The notes below the pieces were generated by a model. That model searched no databases, was not told the origin of the DNA, and was given only the letters and a program-made list of their open reading frames with translations. DNA of 64,000 nucleotides, counting the filler, from Octopus bimaculoides (taxonomy: Eukaryota), in assembly GCF_001194135.2 (NCBI RefSeq). It is 7 parts of 7 records of this genome, joined end to end, with 100 filler letters (N's around TTAATTAATTAA, not from the genome) between each part and the next. Parts side by side here need not be neighbours in the genome. Positions count along the whole stretch, not along the records: positions 34,876 to 41,688 come from NC_068983.1; positions 41,789 to 59,935 come from NC_068992.1; 5 more parts are not named here. The stretch is one strand, 5' to 3'. The position numbers and the translations under genes were made by a program. Every line of letters begins with the position of its first letter. Position 1 is the stretch's first letter. Positions 37,060 to 50,830 of this stretch are shown piece after piece.

Positions 37060-37620
37060 ATTTCATCTGCCGTTAGGTTCTGAGTTCAAATTCCGCCGAG
37101 GTCGACTTTGCCTTTCATCCTTTCGGAGTCGATAAATTAAGCACCAGTTTCGCACTGGGGTCGATGTAATCGACTTAATCCCTTTGTCTGTCCTTGTTTG
37201 TCCCCTCTATGTTTAGCCCCTTGTGTGCAATAAAGAAATAAGAAACGTTAGCACACCGGGCGAAATGCTTAGTGGTATTTCGTCTGTCTTTACGTTCCGA
37301 GTTCAAATTCCGCTGAGGTCGACTTTGCCTCTCATCTTTTCGGGGTCGACAAATTAAATATCAGTTGCGTACTGGGATCGATCTATTCGACTGGCCCCCT
37401 CCCACAAAATTTCTGGCCGTGGGCCTAGAGTAGACAGGAATCGTTAGCACGCCGGGCAGAATGTTTAGCAGCATTTCATCCCATCTTTACGTTCTAAGTT
37501 CGTATTCTGCTGAAGTCGAGTTTTCCTTTCATCATTTCAGCACCGATAAAATATGTACTTGTTAAGTACTCAGGGTGATGGTCGATGTATTCAAGTAACC
37601 CCTCACCCAAAATAATTGAC
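37060..37620 (+). mobile_element. Three head-to-tail SINE A units
   Basis: Three successive gttc(t/c)(g/a)agttc...gtcga(c/g)ttt blocks at ~37077, ~37294 and ~37490. Confidence 0.85.
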
Positions 37621-38014
37621 CCTATTCCAAAATATGAAATCAATACTCTCTAGTTCTTTCCACTTACTTACTATTCTTTAGGCTTACTTTCACAGGTCTC
37701 TGCTCGCCTGTCTTTGGCCGATCAGAGGTTTTGTGACAGAAACTGTTCCGAACTGTGATACAGTGTTTCATAACCCGTGTAGTAAGTGGGAAAATGTATC
37801 AGCCTTGGAAATATGTCACCCTTTTCTCAACGTATCTTTACCAAATTTGGCACAGGTCTACATGCGTCACAAACAATCCATCACTAAAAATATGCTGGCA
37901 TTGAATTACTGTAAGGGTAAAACAGAGAGGAGCCAAAAGAATAAATGTAGAAAGAATGAAAATTGCAATGAAGTGACAATAGAAGACAGAAAACACAGAT
38001 CATGTCGTTGGCAT

Positions 38015-38368
38015 GTTTTAGTCATTGGACTAGCACCAGGCTGAGGCATCACCTTGAAAGGGTTTTAGCCAAAGTGTTCGACCACAATACTTATTTATTA
38101 AGTCTGGTACTTATTATATTGGTTATTTATGCCGAACCGCCGAGGTACAGGGATGTAAGTAAACCAACAAAACCTATTCACAAAGCGGTGGGAGGATAGG
38201 GACACACACACACACATACATGATAGGCTTCCTTATAGTTTAGTTTTCATCTACCAAATTTACTCACAAGTCATTGGACTATAGCAGAAGACACTTGCTA
38301 AGGTGCTGCACAGTGAAACCGAACCCGAAACCAAACGGTTGCAAAGAGAGCTTCTCAACCACACAGCT
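38015..38368 (-). mobile_element. SINE group B
   Basis: Reverse complement of the B consensus: gtcattggactagcaccaggctgaggcatcacc...acttgctaaggtgc...gcttctcaaccacacagc. Confidence 0.75.
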
Positions 38369-39073
38369 GAAGTACACTGTTCCTTTGTGACTCAAACTTT
38401 CATTTCTTTTCTTCTTCGATATCCCTTTAATCTTCCGATACACTTGTTTTAGCGCGGGGTTCTAAGCCCCAGTCTAATTTTTCTAATTTTTTATCGCACC
38501 GTTTCTTCATTTCTAAAAAAAAAAAAATTAAAAGCGGTTTTCATTATTTATGTTTTGAAAATCAGAAATCTGAATCAGCAAAATTTATTTGAATTAGTTT
38601 TAACTTCAATAAATCTTTATCCGTTTTAATCAAGAGCTGAGTTAGTGGATTTACAGCAGCTGTACTNNNNNNNNNNNNNNNNNNNNNNNNNNNNNNNNNN
38701 NNNNNNNNNNNNNNNNNNNNNNNNNNNNNNNNNNNNNNNNNNNNNNNNNNNNNNNNNNNNNNNNNNNNNNNNNNNNNNNNNNNNNNNNNNNNNNNNNNNN
38801 NNNNNNNNNNNNNNNNNNNNNNNNNNNNNNNNNNNNNNNNNNNNNNNNNNNNNNNNNNNNNNNNNNNNNNNNNNNNNNNNNNNNNNNNNNNNNNNNNNNN
38901 NNNNNNNNNNNNNNNNNNNNNNNNNNNNNNNNNNNNNNNNNNNNNNNNNNNNNNNNNNNNNNNNNNNNNNNNNNNNNNNNNNNNNNNNNNNNNNNNNNNN
39001 NNNNNNNNNNNNNNNNNNNNNNNNNNNNNNNNNNNNNNNNNNNNNNNNNNNNNNNNNNNNNNNNNNNNNNNNN

Positions 39074-39365
39074 TAATCGACTTAATCCCTTTGTCTGTCC
39101 TTGTTTGTCCCCTCTATGTTTAGCCCCTTGTGTGCAATAAAGAAATAAGAAACGTTAGCACGCCGGGCGAAATGCTTAGCGGTATTTCGTCTGCCGCTAC
39201 GTTCTGAGTTCAAATTCCGCCGAGGTCGACTTTGCCTTTCATCCTTTCGGGATCGATTAAATAAGTACCAGTTACGCACTGGGGTCGGTATAATCGACTT
39301 AATCCGTTTGTCTGTCCCTGTTTGTCCCCTCTGTATGTAGCCCCTTGTGGGTAATAAAGAAATAA
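39074..39365 (+). mobile_element. Two head-to-tail SINE A units (first one truncated by gap)
   Basis: Tail i joined to aaacgttagcacgccgggcg, followed by a unit with tail i. Confidence 0.85.
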
Positions 39366-40289
39366 CACACATTTATATTCGTGTACACACACACACACAA
39401 GCATACGTCAACTTACGTCGGTAATTGTTTCCAAATCAGGAGACTTGACTCGAAAATGACGTAACATAGATTTTTTTAAAAATTATTAGTTCATATCTGT
39501 TTTAATGAAATGTTTGTACATATTTTGACATGTATTTTATTTGCTTTTCCTCGTTGTTTTTTATGTGATTTCCTTTTTTTATATATATTTTTATGCTTTA
39601 AATCGACTGAAATTGAGATTGATTTTTTTTCTCATTAATTTCTTTAAAAAAAATGTCAAACTCGAAAAAGGCGTATCTCAAAACGGTATAGTTGTATATT
39701 CATCTGAATTGTGTAGATATATTTTTCCTGCATTTCAAGGAATAAGTGGTTTCACTTTCGAAAACTTCAAAACACGTTTTTTTTATTATTCAGTTTGAAT
39801 TTAAAAGTGGAAATGTAATTTACAAATGCAAAAAGATCATTTGAACAGTAAATTTTATAATCTCCTAACCTTATTGAGTTTCCATTTAAAAATAGCTTTT
39901 AAGATTTAATTACTTTTAAAAAATTAGACATGCAGACGTGGCTATGCGGTAAGAAATTTGCTTCCTATCCACAGCGTGCTGAGTTCAGTTCCTCAAAACC
40001 TTTGGAAACTGAAAGAAGCCTGTCGTATATATGTGAGTGTGTATGTGTGCCATTCTGTTTGTGCTTGTCTTCCTCCACCACTAAACAACCGGGTGTTTAC
40101 CAACACTGGTTGTTAAGTATTTACGTCCCCGTAACAAAGCGGTTCAGTAAAAGAGACCGATAGAATAAGTACCAGGCTTGAAAAAAAAAAATAATTACTT
40201 GTCTAATGAAAAGTAAAAGACAGAAAAAAAATTCAGCTTATCCTTTTCTCTTTAGTGCAGTTTCTAAATCACTAATATTCAAAGGAGAT

Positions 40290-40510
40290 AAGGAAGCAAG
40301 CTGGCAGAATCATTAGCACGCCGGGCGAAATGCTTAGTGGTATTTCGTCTGCTGCTACGTTCTGAGTTCAAATTCCACCGAGTTCGACTTTGCCTTTCAT
40401 CGTTCCGGGGTCGATAAATTAAGTACCAGCGAAATACTGGAGTTGATATAATCGACTAGTCCTCTCTCCAAAAATATGAGGTCTTGTGCTTTTAGTAGGA
40501 AGAATTTTCA
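40290..40510 (+). mobile_element. SINE group A, tail type ii
   Basis: gcaagctggcagaatcattagcacgccggg...gagttcaaattccaccg...ttagtaggaagaatt. Confidence 0.85.
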
Positions 40511-41472
40511 AAGGAGATAAATCTGTAGGTTGTTAGAAAGGAGCTAAGAATAAACAATAACAAAGAAGCCCCCCAAAACGAATGTTCCAATATTTCTCAT
40601 TCTCTTTTTCACTCTCTTTGTTTAAAACTATCATATTCATATTTCGAAATCATNNNNNNNNNNNNNNNNNNNNNNNNNNNNNNNNNNNNNNNNNNNNNNN
40701 NNNNNNNNNNNNNNNNNNNNNNNNNNNNNNNNNNNNNNNNNNNNNNNNNNNNNNNNNNNNNNNNNNNNNNNNNNNNNNNNNNNNNNNNNNNNNNNNNNNN
40801 NNNNNNNNNNNNNNNNNNNNNNNNNNNNNNNNNNNNNNNNNNNNNNNNNNNNNNNNNNNNNNNNNNNNNNNNNNNNNNNNNNNNNNNNNNNNNNNNNNNN
40901 NNNNNNTATATATGTTCATATAACAGGAAGTGGTTCTTACCTAGTGTTCTTGATCGAGTACGACTTTATATTTATTAATTTTTTTTAAATATGCAAATAT
41001 TTCAGCTGTAGATTTTCTCTTTATACGAACTATAATTACATAGAAAATGGACGACATTAAATATTTCATGACTTCAGACATTTAAATGTTGCAAAAAAAA
41101 AAAACGTTTATATTTCGACATGCAGCAACATAGGAATATTTAAAGGAACAAGACTTGACATGCATATAAATAGAATAGCTACTTGCTTTTCTGGAATTGT
41201 TCGAGAGATGTAGACACCTTTGATGAGACTACAGGAAGTGATCGTAATCAATTAAAGCTGCACGGACAAATTAAATTAACTGTTACATGTTTTCATTCCT
41301 ACCTTGACGATCTACATATGTTATATCATACTTTGATATTGTGTGGACTGGGTACCCTCTTGAAAGGTCGCTGATTTTAAGTAAAGTATTAAACACTTAG
41401 GTGATGCAAATTAGTAATTCTAGATCCTTTATTCTACTAGATTTGATATACATTTGTCAAGGGATGTCGTTA

Positions 41473-41512
41473 CCTCTGATGAAACCCCAATGAGGTCCGA
41501 AAGTCGAATAAG
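41473..41512 (+). ncRNA. Degenerate minimal hammerhead-like motif
   Basis: cct-CTGATGA-aaccccaatgaggtcc-GAAA-gtcgaa-TA-ag. The conserved core is intact; helix II pairs poorly, helix III is near-palindromic, and stem I is only 2 bp. Confidence 0.35.
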
Positions 41513-41648
41513 TCAATTCATAATGTATTCCTTCAGTTTATAGAGAACACTTTGACAAGTTTGTATGAGCTGTAACACACACACACACACACACACACAC
41601 GCTCACATGCACACGCACACACACACACGCACACACACATACACATAC

Positions 41649-41688
<40 letters not shown>

Positions 41689-43121
41689 NNNNNNNNNNNN
41701 NNNNNNNNNNNNNNNNNNNNNNNNNNNNNNNNTTAATTAATTAANNNNNNNNNNNNNNNNNNNNNNNNNNNNNNNNNNNNNNNNNNNNTATATATATGGT
41801 GATTCAGCGATACATGTGAGTACGTACAGAAGGATGAAACGACACCAGCCAGTAGTAATAAATATTGAATCTTTGGTGGATATATTTTAAGAAACCACAA
41901 TTGCAATATCCCCTTTAGATATATTAATATTTTCGTATTTAATGCCAGCCGGTTTACATTCTTAGAGCTTTCAATGACAATGAATATTTTGATTTTTTTT
42001 TGTGTATCTTTAAAACACGTTACAGTTTGCTGCGCTGCCGTCGATCATTAATCGAAACATTTAGATGCAGCTTATATTTCTTTATAGTTGTTTTTGTTGG
42101 TTTATCTGTTGTTGCTCCGTGATTGAATCTGAGCATTTATAAATTTGAATCTTTTTCTTTTACATTAGGTCGATTCATTCCTGTGAATGCATCTCAATGT
42201 TAACTCAATGGAATGTTTTCAGTTTTGTCATTATTAATTTGTTTTCTGTATATAGTTAGTTTTTTTTTGCGTTGGATTAAATTATGAGATTTACAAATTA
42301 AACATACTTTTACCTTTAAAGTTTGTCTATCCTTAATCTATAACTGAGCGTTTACTAAAATACAGGCATGTACAATCTGGGATTCCGCATGTTGTGATTA
42401 GTGGGGTTGTAATCTTGTTTATGAATTTTTTTTCCCCAATTAGTACATTTTCCAATGTCTTGAGTTGCTTTTAATTTTGGTATCTTGTTGATGCTTTAAG
42501 ACGTTTTGTTTTTTTTCATATTTTGATCTTCATACAACATAGGTAAGTTTTTATAAATATTATCAAAGATTTAAGCATTTCTAGGATTAAATGTTGAGAC
42601 ATAGAAATCCTTTCTTGGTTTTACTGTTCACTTTCCTTAGATCCTCAATATTGTTTCCACTCTCTATATTCCATTTGTAATTAAACTTAGTGGAAGAACT
42701 GATCTTTTAATAAACAGGTTTTTCAATTCATCTAAGTTTCGATCACATTGTGTAGGATTCGATTAGTTGTGGAAATTCATTTCGAAATACCGAATCAAAT
42801 ATTCGTTTTTGTATATTTAGAATGACAGAATGTGAAGAAAAGATACTGTTCGGAATCAGTGAACTTATGATAAATGGCAGTGCTTTCTGTTTGAAATTCA
42901 CCGTAAATTTAATATTATGATTGATATTATGATTGATATTATGATTGATATTATGATTGATACTGTTCGCAAAGTTTTCAAATTTCATAGGATTAAAAAG
43001 GTTATCCTATCATAAAATCAAACAGTCATCTAGGTATCTTTCCAGTTGTCTTTAATATATGAGAATCGATATGTAACATAGATTATAAATATAATATTAT
43101 TCCACAACACATACACACAAA

Positions 43122-43171
<50 letters not shown>

Positions 43172-43563
43172 NNNNNNNNNNNNNNNNNNNNNNNNNNNNN
43201 NNNNNNNNNNNNNNNNNNNNNNNNNNNNNNNNNNNNNNNNNNNNNNNNNNNNNNNNNNNNNNNNNNNNNNNNNNNNNNNNNNNNNNNNNNNNNNNNNNNN
43301 NNNNNNNNNNNNNNNNNNNNNNNNNNNNNNNNNNNNNNNNNNNNNNNNNNNNNNNNNNNNNNNNNNNNNNNNNNNNNNNNNNNNNNNNNNNNNNNNNNNN
43401 NNNNNNNNNNNNNNNNNNNNNNNNNNNNNNNNNNNNNNNNNNNNNNNNNNNNNNNNNNNNNNNNNNNNNNNNNNNNNNNNNNNNNNNNNNNNNNNNNNNN
43501 NNNNNNNNNNNNNNNNNNNNNNNNNNNNNNNNNNNNNNNNNNNTATATATATATATACATACT

Positions 43564-43596
<33 letters not shown>

Positions 43597-44227
43597 AAAC
43601 ATACATGCATATGTATAAATGTATATATATGTTCATAAATATCCTGGCAAACAGTTAATTAACCGTTAGCACAATACTTCAAGTTTCACATAACACGCAA
43701 AACGTCTCTGATCTTCCGGATTTCTTTCATTTTCATTAAAGACATCTGAAAGATCACACAGGCCGTGCGTATATGTCGAACTTCCACTATTATAGCGGTG
43801 CTTCATTAACTGTCTGCCAAACATATATACAGAGTAAAGAACTATGGGGAGCTCTGTTCTGCACTTAGTAGTACAAGTAACACGCATGCACGCGCGATAT
43901 TTTTACTAAGGAAATGTTGAATGAGCGAAGGGTGAAATAAGTGGTTGTAGGGAGTTGATAGATAATGAATAAAGGGAGGAGAAACAAAACTTTAAATGGT
44001 CGGTGTGGGTGAGGGCTCTTATTCCTACATTTAGTTCCCACACAACCAATTGTCAACGTTATTCTTGTAAACTAAAAACACAAACAATATAAAAAGTATT
44101 AAAATATATGTTATTCTGCCGAGAGGTATTGAGCCACTCTTCATTTCAATGTTTGGCTGTTTTTATATAAATTGCACATACACATGCACGCATAGACAGA
44201 TAGATAGATAGATAGATAGATATCAGA

Positions 44228-44390
44228 GGCAGCTGACGAAGGATTAATTCCAAGTGGCTATCTGTTTTCCTATGTGTTCGTTCCGTGGTCTGTAGTTCAT
44301 TGTTCTAACGTCCTGTACCCTGATATGCATCTATATACACATGTAGATGTAAGTATGTACATATGTGTGGGTATACATGCATATATATTC
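44228..44390 (+). repeat. Group D repeat copy
   Basis: gcagctgacgaagga...aacgtcctgtaccctgatatgcatctatatacacatgtagatgtaagtatg. Confidence 0.7.
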
Positions 44391-44394
44391 TTTG

Positions 44395-44432
<38 letters not shown>

Positions 44433-45946
44433 ATAGATAGATAGATAGATAGATAGATATAAATAATTTGAAAACACATGCATGCACACACACACGCACA
44501 TACACACGCGCGCGCGCACACACATACACACACACATAAGCTATGTAATACATATATACATTACATAAAGACGTATATAATACATATAATCATAATAAAC
44601 ATATAAAAGGAAATGTTTCTTTTATCCAAGATGCCGGTCATAGTTTTGCACCTGATTAGCTGGAACTCGACACACAGACTTATTTTAAGAAGAAGGCTAT
44701 AGTTTAAGAAACATTTTATTATTTTTTCTTATTAGCTCCTGTATATTCTCTACCCACAAGCATTGTAAAAGATATTAGAAACGTTTACTGATTAGAAAAC
44801 TAATTCTTTTAGAGTAATTACGAAAATTAGAATCGAACGTTGGAAAACATTTTTTCCCAGAGAATTACAAAAAAAGCAACGTAAGAATTTTTTTTTTTTT
44901 TATGAAAGAAAGTAGTGTGTAAGATTGTATTTTAGGTTTTGTTTATATTTTTTCACATGTTTTACGATACTCAAAGTGAGACGTTTCCTGAATTGCTACG
45001 ATACGACAACTCCGAGTAAATGAACAATCCGGCAGCAAGTGAAGAAGACTGTTCGCATATTTGTAAAGGAATTTATCTTAAATACTGAGAATTGATGTGA
45101 TTATATACATGAATTAACAAACCCGAGCATCCTCAGATACGAATGCTACTATAAATCATTAAATCCATAAACGTCTTTGTCCCTTCTCCCACTGCTTGAA
45201 AACCGGTGTCGGTGTGTTTACGTTCCCGTAATTCAGTGGTTCGCCGAGAGATTGATAGAATGAGTACCAAGTTTAAAAAGAAAACAATAAATACTGGGGT
45301 CGATTCATTCAGCTAAAAATTCTTCAAAGTTGTGCCCCAGCATGGCCGCGGTCTCTTGAGTGAAATAGGTAACAGATAAACGATAAAAGTATATAAGCAT
45401 GTGTGTTTTTATATGCGAGTATGTATGGGGAATAAAAGTCCACTCGATAATGGCTATGACCAATGCTTGTTAATAAGCATGACTTTCTTTGTCCAGCTGA
45501 TGATTTGCAAAGTTCACCACAACCGCAGTATACATGTTTCCTTTCAGTTAAATGCTCCACAGAATCATGTCAAAATACACCTATAGAAAGACAACATATA
45601 TTTCATAATTCATAGACGTATATTACTCAGGTGATGAACATTTATTACTAGCGAACAGGCAGAACTGTTAGCACGTCAGACAAAATGTTTGAAGCCATTT
45701 CATTCGTTTTCACTTTGAGTTCCAATGCCGCTGAGGTTGACTTTGCCTTTCATCCTTTCGGTGTCTATAAAATAAGTGTGTCTCTCAGGGTCTGTGATTG
45801 TCGGTCAAAAATGGCCGATAGATAAAGTAGTAGGCTTTAAAACCCGTCCTGTGGTGTATTTGTTCCACTAAAGGACCCTTCAAGGTACTACTTAAGTATG
45901 ACCGCAGCCAAATGACTGAAACATAAAGAAGAAAATATATATTTAA

Positions 45947-45988
<42 letters not shown>

Positions 45989-46381
45989 NNNNNNNNNNNN
46001 NNNNNNNNNNNNNNNNNNNNNNNNNNNNNNNNNNNNNNNNNNNNNNNNNNNNNNNNNNNNNNNNNNNNNNNNNNNNNNNNNNNNNNNNNNNNNNNNNNNN
46101 NNNNNNNNNNNNNNNNNNNNNNNNNNNNNNNNNNNNNNNNNNNNNNNNNNNNNNNNNNNNNNNNNNNNNNNNNNNNNNNNNNNNNNNNNNNNNNNNNNNN
46201 NNNNNNNNNNNNNNNNNNNNNNNNNNNNNNNNNNNNNNNNNNNNNNNNNNNNNNNNNNNNNNNNNNNNNNNNNNNNNNNNNNNNNNNNNNNNNNNNNNNN
46301 NNNNNNNNNNNNNNNNNNNNNNNNNNNNNNNNNNNNNNNNNNNNNNNNNNNNNNNNNNNNNNNNNNNNNNNNNNNNNNNNN

Positions 46382-46417
<36 letters not shown>

Positions 46418-48391
46418 TAGCCTAATGCCATTCAGCGACGACGAAAAAAGTTAAATATGAACAGAAAATCTCATTCTGTGCATTAATTGAATATTCAAAT
46501 GACTTAGTTCGCCATAACGGCTTGCAGCAACTGTATGATTAAAATGATGAAACATTTTTAACGTGATCTTCATTTATATATATTTTTTTCGCCATTTTGT
46601 TGTATTAGAAAGCGAAAACCATGTAAGGAAATATTTATTTATTATACCATATTCTAATCTATTACATAACTCTATAGAATTTCTGTATGCATAATAATAT
46701 TTGCAAAAGATCCTTTTAAATTTTCGCTTATACCACAACGCTAAAGCGCCCGATTTTCCTACTCTCGATGTAGATTAAACTTAGAAATTAGTCTCGTAAA
46801 AAGCAAAAATGGAAATAATTTCATCTCGTATTTGAGCGCTTAATTTTCTTTTTTATAGTTGCTATTGGCACGTATTTCAGAATAATTCAGTCTCTTTACA
46901 ATTGCAGGAGTGTAAATGTATTTTATTTTTCGTATTGTTTTTACATTGGCATCTTCATTTTAGTTACAAATTTCTTTTACGTTTGATTTATTTTTTTCAG
47001 CGTGCAATTTTCATCATCCCACTACCAAGTATGACATCACCCCTTCTTTCCTTATTCATCAATCACCCCTTCCTTTTTCATTCAATAACACGAGAGTGTT
47101 ATTTAAGAATTAGTTCTACCTGTTTTCTTGTTTCATCCTCAAATCTGATTACGAAGTATACTTTCTCATTTATCCTTCCTCGGTCAATCGCTGAAATATT
47201 GTTTTTCACACATCACATAGGGCTTTTTTAACAGTTCTTCTCGAGATAATTGGAGATTCTTTCACTTTCTTTGCGAATCAGAGATAAATCACGTTCAACC
47301 TTAGCGATTCTAGGCTAAATTCGACAGTCTGAGAACCACCATTTTCGTGATATATTTCTGCCCTGTTGATTTTTTCCAAAATCTAGTATTAGCTCTTATT
47401 AGCAGTCTATATTACGTGCACATTCCACATAGTCGAAGACCATCTCGTCCTTAATCCGCACTTCATCATCCTTTCGTCTTCTTGTATATCTTTCAAACAT
47501 CAGTCAATCTCTGGTTGGCTTTCCGAGGAACTATATGACGAACACATTTTTGTGGGTGGGGAGAGGAAAATATTTTCTTATTTGAGCTCACTATTTCTGG
47601 CAGTTTGCTACTTTTGTCCATCTTCCATCTCTTCACCAATGTCACACCACTCCACAAGCAATAGCACCTCCCGAGACGATGAGGCACTATTAGTATGGTT
47701 CAGAGGGTGGATACTCGGTCATAGGATCCTGGCACCAAAAACGGACAATTTCTTGTTATCCTAGGATATGACTTCAGCGTTGCGGGTGGTGGTATGCTGA
47801 CATATTAGTTTCTGGGATCTGCAGTTGTCATTTCTAATTCTTCTGTTGTTAATGGCAACTAATGAAGCCTGTAGAAATTCCACATTTCATAAATGATTTT
47901 TTTTCTGTATTGATGCCTAAATATAAAGAGTTTCTTAACTTTGCTCTATAATCTTAAAAGATATTTCGTTTTCGAAGTTAAGGTTGCTATGAACGTGTAA
48001 TATTCGAACACATACACCGTGACAGTCAAAATAATATTGTAGATAATAATGAATTATATATCCATCCTTGATAAAAGTTCGAGACAGTGTGACTTGTCTA
48101 AATTCCACTAAATTTTAGTTTTCTAAATCAATATTTTGATAACCACGTGGTTCTACGCTCGAAAATGAATTATCGTCTTATTTGTATCAATATTTTGATA
48201 AATGTTTTTTCACAAATTTACTGGATTTCAATTTTCTATGGATCAAACGCAATGTTTACAATATCTTGGTAGTTTTCCCACGACTGGCGAACACTCTACT
48301 TCTCTTTGCCTCTAATTTAATCAGTAACAACAAACAGTGTTATTGCGCCAAGTAGTTATTCACAGTAGTCATATTCATATTATTATTATTA

Positions 48392-48437
<46 letters not shown>

Positions 48438-49327
48438 GTTGAAGTTGTTGTAATTTTGATAAGAAGGCGTGGCTAGTTAGTCTTTTCTTTTGTTGTTTTG
48501 TTTAGTTATGGTTTTTTTAAAAATAAATTATACCCCATTGCCAAACTGATGTGTGAATATCTGATACACTTAAAGACATATTCTGATATGTTGAGTATAT
48601 TTTAACTCTAATATCTATTCAAATATCAACAAGTTCTTATCTCTACCTCTGTGTGTCTATCTCTCTCTCCCCCACTCTTCATCTGCATGTCTGTCGACAT
48701 ATATATATATATATATATANNNNNNNNNNNNNNNNNNNNNNNNNNNNNNNNNNNNNNNNNNNNNNNNNNNNNNNNNNNNNNNNNNNNNNNNNNNNNNNNN
48801 NNNNNNNNNNNNNNNNNNNATATATATATATATATATATAATTTAAACAGAAATCTTTGAAATACACCCCTGTGTCGGTAATATGTGTGAGTGTTTGTGT
48901 GTGTATGTGTGTGTGTGTGTACAAACAAGAAGAAAATTGTTTCTTTTTTCACAATAAAGGCCTTGGTCCTCAAAGTCGATAATTTGAGCTTCTCAACCGC
49001 CATAAACTGCAGTTATAAACATCTTTGCAGTTATAAACATCTTTGCAGTTATACTCTGTTTTACTGTCGGTTTGCTTCCTTCACTGTTCTGTTGCTATCA
49101 AATACATCTTAAAAAATAAAGTGGAGTTGACATTACTCCTTTATGTGAACGAATATGTATGTTGTGTATATCGTACTTTAAAATAGTTTCCAGAGAAGCT
49201 TATATGAATCATTTTTGTGCAATCGACTGCTTTTCCGTTGGGTCTATATACCACCCCGTTTTATTGGCGTAATCTCTTAGAAGGGGAAATTAGTTGTATT
49301 TCTACATGCCGCACTAATAATAATAGC

Positions 49328-49349
<22 letters not shown>

Positions 49350-49360
<11 letters not shown>

Positions 49361-49572
49361 CCTTTCTACTATAGACACGACGCATAGATTTTGTGGGGAG
49401 GGGGGACAGTCGATCACATTGACTTCAGTACTCAACTGGTACTTAATTTATCGACCCTGAAAGGATGAAAGGCAAAGTCGATCTCTGCGGAATTTGAACT
49501 CAGAACGTTGCGGCAGACGAAATACCGCTAAGCATTTCGTCCAGCGTGCTAACGATTCTGCCAACATGCCGC
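49350..49572 (-). mobile_element. SINE group A, tail type ii, with (AAT)n on both sides
   Basis: Reverse complement of the A consensus; aataat tracts at 49317-49350 and from 49573 onward. Confidence 0.85.
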
Positions 49573-49573
49573 A

Positions 49574-49614
<41 letters not shown>

Positions 49615-50272
49615 AATGTTATGATAATAATAATTTATTTCTTTATTACCCACAGGGGGCTAAACATAGAGGGGACATGACAACATATTTTGAGATAGAA
49701 TGAATAGCTAATTATGTCGACTAACGAAAGCTGAATCTGATTCCCCTATTTAACCTCTGATGTGATATTTTTTAAAATGTGTTAATATTTTGTATGTTTA
49801 AACAGCGCAGAATATACGAGGACAATCAAATAGTTATACCATTTGTGCTCGGCGTCACTTTATTTTCAGTCCCCAGTCAAAAGAGATTCAGTTGTAATCA
49901 TTTCTTCTTTTATTTTTCAACTGTTTCTAAGACAGTATTATCCAAGATTTATTTCTTTATTTTATTTCTTTAGCATTGTGGTTTCTTCTTTAGCCCTGAC
50001 GCCATTTTGTACTATTCTGAGCGTTTGGAGACACACTATTCTTTGGCTTTCGTTTTTTTTCTTTTCTTTTTTTTTTGTATTAATTTTCAGATATTTCATA
50101 TCTTTAATTCCATTCCAACTTTACGATGTTCCATCATTTCTATTTTCTACAGTTATCATTTGAATTTCTAAAGATTTTTCACATTTTTTCATAGAAGATT
50201 CTTTGGCCTTGTATCAGATTATAATTCTTATTGTTATTGTTATTGTTATTGTTGTTCTTCATATTATCATTT

Positions 50273-50318
<46 letters not shown>

Positions 50319-50452
50319 GTAGTAGTAGTTGTTGTTTCTTCGTCCGTCATCAGCATCATTATCATTCTATTTTATGTAAATTCCCATACTTAATATCTGT
50401 CTTCGTAACGTTCCCCTCATCCGCCAACCTTGTAGTAAACAAGAAAAATCAC

Positions 50453-50516
<64 letters not shown>

Positions 50517-50690
50517 GTTGTTGTTCTTGTTGTTCATTCAAGGTATTATTATCTGGGCAAAAAATATCGCAAGAGTAAATTAACAATCGTCACAGAGCTA
50601 CGACTGATGGTGTCGATGTCAGTAACGGTAGTTATGTTGGCGCTATGTAACAACATCCCAGCTGTCGTGTTATTATATCCGTTGTTGTGC

Positions 50691-50830
50691 GCGGGTGTAT
50701 GGCCTAGTGGTTATGGTGTCTCACTCACGGTCGTGAGATCGTGGTTTCAATTCCTTGACCGAGTAGTGCGTTGTGTTCTTGAGCAAAACACTTCATCTCG
50801 AGTTGTTCTGCGATCGTTTCGACACCCAAC
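50691..50830 (+). mobile_element. SINE group C head type 1 (3'-truncated)
   Basis: tggcctagtggttatgg..ggtttcaattcc..tgtgttcttgagcaaaacactt. Confidence 0.7.

Noticed and set aside
42910-42965. 12-bp tandem repeat giving NINH repeats in ORF 42743-42988; similar short duplications at 49005-49050
   Set aside because: Simple local slippage with no recognisable protein or splice support.
43666-43887. 73-aa non-repetitive ORF (also 30277-30636 and 45324-45560)
   Set aside because: No recognisable domain, short length expected by chance, and no convincing paired splice sites.
46900-47880. Semi-open minus-strand frame suggesting an old retroelement
   Set aside because: Multiple stops and no motif I can name with confidence; left unannotated.
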